Below, one piece after another: positions 53,362-64,000 of a stretch of DNA of 64,000 nt. This stretch comes from Macrostomum lignano (lineage: Eukaryota), in NCBI GenBank assembly GCA_002269645.1, contig NIVC01000028.1:62001-126000 (forward strand). The letters run 5' to 3'. The notes beneath the pieces were generated by a model, which saw only the letters and a program-made list of their open reading frames with translations, searched no databases and was not told where the DNA came from. Within the stretch, counting starts at the first letter, position 1, and each line of letters begins with the position of its first letter. The translations under genes and the position numbers were made by a program.

Positions 53362-53727
53362 TCATTTTGTAAATTTATCAAGCTGCTCGAGACTGAAGAG
53401 CAGAGCTTGAACATGCAGCAGGTGAGAGAGGCACACCGCTTTCGAGTGCCCCAGTGCCCCAGACTGCCCAAGAGCTGAGAGGTCAGTGAGCAGTGCTTTG
53501 CAAAGATGCTCAATACGGAAGCACAATGAGCTGCTCAGAGCCTCTGCAGTTAAGGGGCAGGCAGTTTTAACTGATGCAGAATGAGGTGAGGCTGAGCTCG
53601 CAGCCTCCAACAGCAGGTATTTGAATGGATTTTGTCCTTCTGAGACACAGCAGTGCTCAGCAGCTGCTAAGCAAAAAATGCAGCTCATGGCAGCGCATTG
53701 CAGCACTGCACCGGAGCCCCTGCGCAC
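53362..53727 (-). other. Possible exon of an unrecognised gene; its core is duplicated at ~56397-56485
   Basis: Open frame with helical Leu/Ala-rich composition. The paralogous 90-bp segment aligns without indels (ASSASPHSASVKTACPLTAEALSSSLCFR vs ASSAPPHSASFRDASLLTAQALSSSLCLR). No family recognised. Confidence 0.3.
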
Positions 53728-53869
53728 TGGAGGGTTGGCTCAAGCTGGGGGGGGGGGGTAGTCACCCTCCCTCTAAGCAGCCCTCCAGTGGGTTTGCGAC
53801 CAGCTGCACTTTTGGCTTCTTTAGCTTTCTAGAAACTGGAGAAAACTAATGTTATTGGGCGAAGACTGG

Positions 53870-55770
53870 GAGTCCAAGCTGGGATCTGATTGAGAATAGA
53901 GAAGCTGAGCAGGGATCTGATGGAGAATAGAGAAGCTGAGCTGGGATCTGATAGAGAATAGAGAAGCTGAGCTGGGATGTGATGGAGAATGGAGAAGCTG
54001 AGCTGGGATGTGATGGAGAATAGAGAAGCTGAGCTGGGATCTGATGGAGAATGGAGAAGCTGAGCTGGGATCTGATAGAGAATAGAGAAGCTGAGCTGGG
54101 ATCTGATGGAGAATAGAGAAGCTGAGCTGGGATCTGATGGAGAATAGAGAAGCTGAGCTGGGATGTGATGGAGAATAGAGAAGCTGAGCTGGCATCTGAT
54201 GGAGAATAGAGAAGCTGAGCTGGGATCTGATGGAGAATAGAGAAGCTGAGCTGGGATCTGATGGAGAATAGAGAAGCTGAGCTGGGATCTGATGGAGAAT
54301 AGAGAAGCTGAGCTGGGATGTGATGGAGAATAGAAAAGCTGAGCTGGGATGTGATGGAGAATGGAGAAGCTGAGCTGGGATCTGATAGAGAATAGAGAAG
54401 CTGAGCTGGGATCTGATGGAGAATAGAGAAGCTGAGCTGGCATCTGATGGAGAATAGAGAAGCTGAGCTGGGATGTGATGGAGAATAGAGAAGCTGAGCT
54501 GGGATCTGATGGAGAATAGAGAAGCTGAGCTAGGATCTGATGGAGAATGGAGAAGCTGAGCTGGGATGTGATGGAGAATGGAGAAGCTGAGCTGGCATCT
54601 GATGGAGAATAGAGAAGCTGAGCTGGCATCTGATGGAGAATAGAGAAGCTGAGCTGGCATCTGATGGAGAATAGAGAAGCTGAGCTGGGATGTGATGGAG
54701 AATGGAGAAGCTGAGCTGGGATCTGATGGAGAATAGAGAAGCTGAGCTGGCATCTGATGGAGAATAGAGAAGCTGAGCTGGGATGTGATGGAGAATAGAG
54801 AAGCTGAGCTGGGATCTGATGGAGAATAGAGAAGCTGAGCTGGGATCTGATGGAGAATAGAGAAGCTGAGCTGGGATCTGATGGAGAATAGAGAAGCTGA
54901 GCTGGCATCTGATGGAGAATAGAAAAGCTGAGCTGGGATCTGATGGAGAATAGAAAAGCTGAGCTGGGATGTGATGGAGAATAGAGAAGCTGAGCTGGGA
55001 TCTGATAGAGAATAGAGAAGCTGAGCTGGGATCTGATGGAGAATGGAGAAGCTGAGCTGGCATCTGATGGAGAATAGAGAAGCTGAGCTGGGATGTGATG
55101 GAGAATAGAGAAGCTGAGCTGGGATCTGATGGAGAATAGAGAAGCTGAGCTGGGATGTGATGGAGAATGGAGAAGCTGAGCTGGGATCTGATGGAGAATA
55201 GAAAAGCTGAGCTGGGATCTGATGGAGAATAGAGAAGCTGAGCTGGGATGTGATGGAGAATGGAGAAGCTGAGCTGGCATCTGATGGAGAATAGAGAAGC
55301 TGAGCTGGGATGTGATGGAGAATAGAGAAGCTGAGCTGGGATCTGATAGAGAATAGAGAAGCTGAGCTGGGATCTGATGGAGAATAGAGAAGCTGAGCTG
55401 GGATCTGATGGAGAATAGAGAAGCTGAGCTGGCATCTGATGGAGAATAGAGAAGCTGAGCTGGGATCTGATAGAGAATAGAGAAGCTGAGCTGGGATCTG
55501 ATGGAGAATAGAGAAGCTGAGCTGGGATGTGATGGAGAATGGAGAAGCTGAGCTGGCATCTGATGGAGAATAGAGAAGCTGAGCTGGGATCTGATGGAGA
55601 ATAGAGAAGCTGAGCTGGGATGTGATGGAGAATGGAGAAGCTGAGCTGGGATCTGATGGAGAAGAGAGAAGCTGAGCTGGGATCTGATGGAGAATAGAGA
55701 AGCTGAGCTGGGATCTGATGGAGAATAGAGAAGCTGAGCTGGGATCTGATGGAGAATAGAGAAGCTGAGC
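53870..55770. repeat. 31-bp minisatellite (GAGAAGCTGAGCTGGGATCTGATGGAGAATA), ~61 copies
   Basis: Direct inspection. Confidence 0.98.
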
Positions 55771-57716
55771 TGTCGAGTTGACAATCTCAGCAGTGAAATG
55801 CTGAAGTGCCGGTCACCGAATGCAAAAAGCAATAAATAAGACAGGCAGCCGCAGTGCACAGATAAACTGTGTGGAATCCAAAATCAGCCCATATGTGAGT
55901 CCCGCACTGTCCTGGACAGGCACCGAGCTGGTGGCTAATGGAACCTGAGCTGGAAAATGCAGAGGCTGCAGGCAGAGTGGATGCTGGATGGGGAATCAGT
56001 TGATTTCATTGCTGAGCAGCTTTAGCAGGTGAGCAGCCTATCAAGTGTACTTCTCCATCACGTAAGAGGAGAGTGCAGTGAGCGGTGCTCTGAAGAGTTA
56101 CTAAGCAACCTTCACAAGCCAAAGGCAGTCCGAAGTGGTGCAGTCAGAGCAATTACACACAGACAAGGCTGAGCCTGAAAATAAGGGGTGAAAGACCCTC
56201 GGCAGGCAGCGGAGGGGGCGCGGACAAAAAGAGGGCGCAAGGGAGTGGGGTGGGGTACACAATTTACACGGAGGCCCACGGAACAGGCCCAAGTTTAAAG
56301 TAAGCAAGCAACCTCCCCAAGACAAGGGCAGTCCAAAGTGGTGCAGCTGAGATAATAGGTCAATTTTTTTGTTTAGCAGAGCAGAAGGCGGTCAGTACGG
56401 AGGCACAATGAGCTGCTCAAAGCCTGTGCAGTGAGGAGGCTGGCATCTCTAAATGATGCAGAATGAGGTGGGGCTGAGCTCGCAGTAGCCACCGTGTCTC
56501 TGACTCGGACGGTGATACTAAATATGTGAACCAAAAATATTTCTCAGATTTTTACTGTACTACTAGAATGAGTAGCTCATTGATTATGCTGTATAGTTTA
56601 TTATTACGAGCGTAAAAGTAACAATAAGAGATCATATTAGTGCTGAGGACGCCATGAACTCATGGATAACTTTTTTCTCTAACTAGAGGTTTTAAAATGC
56701 ATTCTTTAATTTCCTTGGTGTGATTGATAACAGTTAGACAACCAATTAGCAGTGAATTTCGTCCTCCCAATGTTTAGTACGAGTCAAGTCTTAATAAAGA
56801 GATTAAGGAGACAAGCGACATGGCATCCGCATAAGTATACTACTTATACCCTTACATGTATATAGAAATGAACATGTCAATGATTTATTAAAGCCTTATA
56901 GCTCAAGCTGAAGAGAGATAGGTTGAGAGAATGACTTAAGCTCACTGCACTCTAATGATGCTCAGGAGCACTGGGTCTAGGGTGGAGGTTTTGACTGTTG
57001 CTGAGTGCTTGATACCAGTATATTTAAAAAAACGTCAGTCTATGCCTCTGGGAGTTTCTTAGAACGGCTAATCTATTAGTTTGAAAACGTTTGAAAACTG
57101 CAGCATTTTTCCATATTGAGTTAAAACAAAATTGCTAGTATAACGGATGCGATAGTTAGTGATAAAAAGTTCCTAATAAACTAGCTAAAGCTTATGCTGC
57201 AAAAATGATGCGACCTGGGAGTTGGTTGGATTCTGTGTTGTTTTACGCCGCTCCGCATCATGCATGAATACACTCTTGCTCCTGCCCCTGGCTGCATGCT
57301 GCGGGCCAGAGTTGGAGCAGAGAGTAAGCGAAGTGAGCAAAGTGGATGCCACCACCTCCCAGTGGTTAAAATTGAAACGCAGATTCAATATGGAACGCAG
57401 CCATCACTGCACAGCGCACGGTTGTTTTTTTTAATAGATACAATATTAATGGCCTCCCAAACCCCACTCAACTTGAGTAGGGGTTCCTAAGCCTCACTTC
57501 CGGACACTGATAAAGCCGTGTCCAGTAACTGTGGGACAGAGAAAAGGGAGGGTGGGGCGTTTTGCCCCTTGACAACCGTCTGTTTCCCGACACTTAGGGG
57601 GCAGCGATCCCATAATTTAAGAGCCCCCATCTAGGGCTGAGCACTGTCGCGGAATATCTCGTATCAGAAAAGTCAACTAGCAAAAGCAAATATCTGCCTG
57701 GCAACTCCTGCTTGCA

Positions 57717-60700
57717 ATGAAACTGACAACCAAGCAGTCCGAGCTGCTGCAGCTGCTTCTGTGTCAGCTGCTCACGGGTGAGTCTGAATAGAATGCTGCC
57801 ACCTTGAAGACTCGACATCGGGCTCACTACTCATAAACACCCCTTTTAGCTCTGGGCACCTCTGCTCCCAAAACCGATAGTGCTCGCACCTACGATAAGT
57901 TGACCAGCGGCTCCATTAGCATCGGCAACTACGTGAGCAGCGAGCTCCTCAATGAGACGGGCCTTCAATCCAATTCTCACTGCTTGTGGAAGTGCTGGGC
58001 AACGTCATGCGCTGTCGCAATCGTCAAGGAAGCTGAAATCCTCGAATGCCAAATGCTCGTCATCAACACTGTGAGCGAGCCGGGCTTGATCAACAGCAGC
58101 TTTGTTGCCAGGAAGATTCGGCTTGAGCCCGGTGTGAAGATCTGGAAAGCTGACGACTTTGAGCAGCAGGTACTCAGGGGCACTGACAGCGGCCGTCTAC
58201 TCGGTGAGTTTGCAAAAATGACGAATGAAGTCTGATCATATCGGATGCAAGGTACCAACTAACAAGCAGTGAAGCAGACGGCTTGACTTGATTTTTAATG
58301 GCCATCGCTAATTAACTCATTGTGCACTAATTAAGCGTTGAACTTGACGTGGTAAACTGTTTAGCCAGTCTTGCCACAAGGTCACTTGAAGGCCCTCGAG
58401 CGAACAAGGGTTGTATATCGATAATTCGTAGGTCCAATAGGGGCATCTCATCACGGGGCACCCCATCCAGGTTCGATACAGAGCCTGGTTCTGCTGTGGC
58501 CAAGCCAAGCAGAGATGCAGAGACGTTAAATTTATCTATGGGTTCAACCTTAGAGCCGTGAGTGTACCAATACATTTTTGGGGGCTTGAGAAAGATCTGA
58601 AGCTACTTCAATGGAAATTAAATTAAAAAAGTCACTAGGCCATTAGGAGCCAATTAAGTGCAAGTTGAGTTCCAAAAAGGCACACCACAACAGGTTCGAG
58701 ATTCATTTCAGTGCTTCCAGTATGCGAGAGATAACACGCCCATTAGGACTGACGCGACTTTGGGATGGATGAAATAGGCTGACAAGATGACTAAATACTC
58801 GTAAAGAATCCACAAGTCTACAAGTCTGCTTAGCTCCATCGAGCCTCTGAAAGCGGCGACCAATTTCAAACTCAATCTGTCTCTAGCAGCTTCTAAACTC
58901 AACTGAATTGAGACATAAAAACTAACCTATCATTCATTCCACAGAGTACCTGGCTTCTAGAAACGTGACTCTGAAGCGGGTCCACATTCCAAACAACTCG
59001 GTGAAGATCTTCGCTGAATTTCTTCAGCACCAGCCGGCTGTCTCATCGCTCGTTGGCTGCGTTGACAAGTGCAGCGAGGTGCCGGCCTGTCGTGGGATTG
59101 TGTTCAACTCCAGCAACTGCTCTCTGCTCACCGACTACCCGCTGTGCCGCTGGTTCGAGCAGCCGCCGGGCAGCTCTGAGCTGGCCGTCTATGTGAGTGT
59201 TAAGAAAGCGATTCTCGACAGGTGCTATCACAATAGGCATTTCTCATAATTGCACATCAAACTTTCAAACGCAGGAGTTCCACACTGTGGCCACTCAGCA
59301 GTGCTTCGAGACCGTCAACCTGCGAGTGTCGGACGCGCTGAGCTTCGACCGGCTCTGGGCCGAGTACAAGACCGGCTTCGGCACTTATCATAGCAACTAC
59401 TTTGTTGGTGAGACAAAATGCAAATCGGTATTGCTGCAGACCATTACTGCTGAAATCGCGGCCTGTTGATCTATATCTAATGTTTTTTACTTGTGGTCTT
59501 AGAGGATTTACCTGTTTTATTATCCTCTTGAAAATTAGCTACTAGTTTACTGGTAGATTCGCTTTCAGTCTGGACCTTAAGACTACTTAACGCATCGAAT
59601 TAACGCGTACTCGTATAAACTAATGTTACATGCGAAATTGGCGAGAGGTTGTTGAAAGGCAAATTTAATGAATACATTTTATAGTTCAACAGGCGAGACT
59701 GCTGGGGGAGCCACTAGTTACGATGAATTCTGACATCTTAAACTTTTTGTGTGGAGTGTGTCGTTTTAGTCGACCAGATGGCCTCTTATAGCAGTTGCTC
59801 GAATTGCCTTACATTTTGGAAGAGAATCGCGATGAAGTTAGTTGAGCCGTCTCTGCGCTAGTTGGCTTACTTGTATGGAGTCAATATAAAGTGATCCTGC
59901 GAGTCTTAATGCTCCAGGAGCTTGGTATCCAAAAGTGCCACTTGGAAGTCAGACGCCCCAGAAGCTGTTACCCTTCTAGTGGGACCCATAGGAATTCAGT
60001 ACCAGGAGAGGACATTACCGTACCCAGGAGCTGTTCGCTGTCTCCATTAATAAATGGCTTTCGGTGGCTGCTTGCTGCACCCTGCCTGAGTTCCGCCATT
60101 GGGTCTGGGCGGGCCAAGCCATATACAAACTGCAGTCTTCCTTAGTAGACCTTGCTAACACCAGTATACTAGTCTCCCGAGGCTCCTTTACTCAAGGCTA
60201 CAGGTACGCAAACACTGTAGATAGAGCCGAGATGTTAAAAAAAGCGTGAGCGACAGCTACTACCACTAACTACTAACTACTGTTAGTAAGTACTAACAGT
60301 AATCCTCTTTTTATACTATTTCTTTCTTACCAGTTCCCATCAAAGACTACTTAAGAAGACTTCATAAACGATACTCGAGTCGTCCTCGGTTTCCAAATTT
60401 GCAACTTCGGCTGAAAGCAAGGGTTCTTTCAATCAAAGCAAAACAGCCCCTCAGGCTATGTATAGTCATGTCCCACCACACTACTGGTTAGGACATTAAG
60501 ATCAAACAATTGCATGGCTTGAACAATTTCTTTTGCTGCGCGCTGGCTGTGCCTTTGCTTGGGTGTTAATAGCAAGCAAAATAGCTAGCCCGCTTATTTA
60601 TAAGTGATGAAAAAAATTCTTTTAAATGCAACTCTCGTAATTCCAGGCCTCGAGTGGCTGCACAACCGGACCAGCGCTCAGCCCAGCAACAACCGGTTTC

Positions 60701-61104
60701 GCGTCGACCTGCTGTATTGGAACGACACCTACATCTACGCCTACTACCTGAACGTGCTCATTCTGGCCAAGAGCACCAACTACATGCTGTCTAACTTTAC
60801 ATTCGCAGCTGCTGGTGGCCTCGAAGACTGTCTGGTTAAAGAGTCGAACAGGCAGTTCGTCACCCGCGATCGCGGACCGAGCAACTGCCACGACAACTGT
60901 GCTGTTACATACGAGCAGCCTCACTGGCACAGTTGCTGCCACGACTCCGGTCCGTTCGGCAAGTACTTCAACTACCCAACGGCGCTGAATGTGCCAGTTG
61001 CAGACCGAGCCAAGGGCATCGTCTGGGCTTGCAATGCTCCCAAGAACATCACCGATGGATGGTACTACAGCTTCAAGCAGCTGGAGATGCTCATGCTCAC
61101 CTGA
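57717..61104 (+). CDS. SP-PAN-PAN-fibrinogen-domain protein, copy C, 417 aa
   Basis: Exons 57717-57777, 57850-58203, 58945-59192, 59275-59407 and 60647-61104 (1254 nt, open, GT-AG). Exon phases are identical to copy B; exons 1, 3, 4 and 5 are identical in length. Confidence 0.87.
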
Positions 61105-62926
61105 ATTCTTTTTAACTACATCGACCCAGTGAAAGGCATGCAGTGTTGCGTGTGCTGCAAATATATTATTTTTCAGATTTCTTTTTTCGCGCGATCACCT
61201 GTTGGATATCCTTCTGTCCCGAGTTCCGTCTGTTTGCTTTTTTCTTCTCCTTTACTTCCTTTACTTTGCTGCCACTTTTCAGTTTCAGTCTTTTTATAAG
61301 TCTAGTCAATCAGACCTGTCTGTTTAACACCTGTCTAGCTTATATTCTTGATAAAAATTTGATTACTATTGTTGATCCAGTGAATTTTATTAAGGCTTTT
61401 TGTACAAATTTATTTTCCATTATCCGTTTTATATTCGCACCTTGAGAAATGGTAATTCACTAATTAGTTACAGATTCCGTACACACCCAAGTGTGGGTCA
61501 GCTTCTTAAACTTCTATTCTGTATGAGTTCCTGCGCCTTGCTGCAGCTGAGGACTCCATCCAGTTTGCCCCTGAGTCCCCGGCCTTAATGATGGCTATCA
61601 ACCTGATGATTGTACTCTTACCGCACATCATTCTTTCCGTGTGTCAATAAAGTCAGCCTGACAGCATCACGGAACCATCAACAATTAACTACCGTATTTG
61701 CTTTCGGCATGTCGAGGTTTTCAGGTGTCTTACTCTAAATTCCCTCTGAGATATTGAATTACTTGCATATTTCATAATCATTCATTCATATGTGTCATTC
61801 ATAATGATTATTTTCTATTTAGTCCTTTCCACACAGTTCTAGACATTTTCTCGTCAACTTTGTATCCCTAAATATACGAATTTGAGCTATCACTGAGGTC
61901 TGCTATTTTCTCAAACTGCCTTATTGGTCTCAGGCATATGCGGCATTGTCGTGGACCCTAATCGGCTTTTTTACCTAACCTAAACAAAAGTCATGGGTCC
62001 ATCACTGATAACTGGCTATTCTTTATCGGCGACTCAGTGGGTCAAAAAGATCAACTCGGGCCTGGAGGTCATGCTGATACTAATTAACAAATTAGGCGAG
62101 AGTGAACAAGATCATTAATATCATCTTTGTTTGGGTGCCTTGTTTGAGCATGGATTTTAAGGAGGTAGGGTCTAGTGGTATTGTCTTCCATCATTCTCAG
62201 TAACTCTCGTGCCAGGTGTGCAGTCAGATTGGACTCTCAAAGGCCTAAAAGAGTCCTGACTCTATCGATTACTTTAGCGAAATTATATTGTAGAACAAAG
62301 CCAAGTCTTAAGGGATCCTGAGCCAAGATAGAAAAGACAAAGAAGTATTCCAACGACTCCTCACCCAAGAGAGCAGATTAAGCGCTTCGCTCCGTTTATA
62401 ATATTTTCAAAACATTTCTACTTCGAAGCGGAGAGAAGCGCCTTCACAACGGTGGCAGAGTGAGGATTTTTTCCCATTCGTTGAATTAGATGCGGTTCTC
62501 CCCCTTCTAAGGAGGAGACTGTGGAGGCATCTGTCCTACACAGTACTCTCAGTGTCTTACCATCAAGCAGTTACATTTTGTTTATTTTCACGGAGTGTCC
62601 AGGCTCTCTAGGTTGTTCTCCGCGGGCCTGCCCTCCGATCCGGTTCTGGGCGGTTACCTCCGGGTCGGGCTGGCTGGCTGATATAGGGGGATGAGCTCAT
62701 TACTCATGTTAGCGACCGTTTGCTCTTCCCTGTGCTATTTTAATCCTCAAGTTGCTCTGGGGCTCTCTAATTTCCATTCCGATTTCTAACTCTTATAATA
62801 GATTAAACTATGTACAGTGTAAATAATACGCATAAAACTTGATATTTTTACCACGTTAATACAAGAACTTTGTTCTGTCACTGGACGCAGTGTTAGCAGC
62901 TATAGGTGGTACCGCCGGGATGCCAG

Positions 62927-63388
62927 GGGTGGATTTCATGAAGCCACTTGTCAGACAAATTACAAGTGACAAGTGACAATTTGTCAAGCGCTATCCTGAT
63001 AAGTGACAATTTGTCAAGCGCTATCCTGACAAGTGACAATTTGTCAAGCGCTATCCTGATAAGTGACAATTTGTCAAGCGCTATCCTGACAAGTGACAAT
63101 TTGTCAAGCGCTATCCTGACAAGTGACAATTTGTCAAGCGCTATCCTGACAAGTGACAATTTGTCAAGCGCTATCCTGACAAGTGACAATTTGTCAAGCG
63201 CTATCCTGATAAGTGACAATTTGTCAAGCGCTATCCTGACAAGTGACAATTTGTCAAGCGCTATCCTGACAAGTGAAAATTTTCAAGCGTTTTGTAAAAG
63301 TTTCATGAAACAGAAATAACTGAAATTTGTCACTTGTCACTTGTCAAATTCTCACTTGTCGCTTGTAGTTTTCTCATGAAATCTGCCC
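62927..63388. mobile_element. PIF/Harbinger-like MITE (462 bp) with an internal 30-bp tandem array
   Basis: TIRs GGGTGGATTTCATGA / TCATGAAATCTGCCC (13/15 match); 3-bp TSD CAG at 62924-62926 and 63389-63391; ~10 copies of GACAAGTGACAATTTGTCAAGCGCTATCCT; inverted ACAAGTGACAAGTGACAA motifs near both ends. Confidence 0.8.
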
Positions 63389-64000
63389 CAGGTGCGCGGC
63401 TCTGTCACCCGTCTTGTCAGATACCTTTCAAGCTCACACCAAGCTTGAATGATTACAAGAAACCTTCTTTTGAGCTACTAATCGAGTTCAAGAACAAAAT
63501 GAAACTATTTAAAATATTCTTTAACGCAGAAACCAGAATATATTGGGCAGGTATCAATCCGTTTGAATTTTATTAGAATTGAACAGTCGTTTCAGTGGAG
63601 AAAGAAACGCGTGTGTTATCAATAAGACGGTGACAGGTGTGTGTACCATTCCACAAATGAGTTATAGCCAACTGGATCTTCGATGCTTTGTTTCCAGAGA
63701 TTTTCGGGTGTCATACGAGTTTCTACAGTCAGTACAGTCTATATCTATGATTTACGAGTACATGTATCTATGCGTATAGCTGTTCAACATTAAAATGTAT
63801 TTCTATTGTACTTTTGTGCAGAAGACAAGAATCATAGTTGGCAACAAGAAGCCATTATTATTTAACAACGCACAGAGTTCATGTCGAAGCCACCAACCGA
63901 AAGTAAAATCATGGTCAACACGACGGGAATCCAGCACCAGGAGAAGCAATCAAAATTAAAGAAAATGCTAGGATGCTAGCGAGGGAGTGGTAGAAGCGTT

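Noticed and set aside
53821-55859. 676-aa, 310-aa and 301-aa ORFs
   Set aside because: Read-through of the 31-bp minisatellite in several frames; no non-repetitive coding signal.
57430-57610. Possible retroelement 3' end (A-rich tail on the minus strand)
   Set aside because: No second copy, TSD or coding homology visible in the window.

Overview
Eukaryotic (metazoan) genomic DNA with spliced genes, GC-rich exons and minisatellite-laden introns. The style is consistent with a free-living flatworm such as Macrostomum, but that is inference and cannot be verified here. Main content: (1) a near-identical ~4.3 kb tandem duplication (1-8440) carrying a Qa-SNARE syntaxin (-) and a 5'-truncated ankyrin+kinase gene (+); (2) three paralogues of a secreted SP-PAN-PAN-fibrinogen-domain gene (pseudogene at 10.8-12.7 kb, intact at 14.3-18.0 kb and 57.7-61.1 kb); (3) a Tc1-like remnant and a 5'-truncated RNase H-bearing non-LTR retrotransposon with a 63-bp flanking duplication; (4) large satellite blocks at 21.7-28.6 kb; (5) an intronless LRR gene; (6) a 13-exon OSM-9/Inactive-type TRPV channel gene (32.8-45.8 kb, -); (7) an intact 7-exon ankyrin-repeat/MEKK-like kinase gene (48.6-52.0 kb); (8) a tRNA-derived SINE, a Mutator/foldback-like element and a Harbinger-like MITE. 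The most striking pattern is that several minisatellites are tandem amplifications of real exon-intron junctions. Gene models were spliced by eye (GT-AG, phase-consistent); repeat boundaries are approximate to about 10-20 bp.
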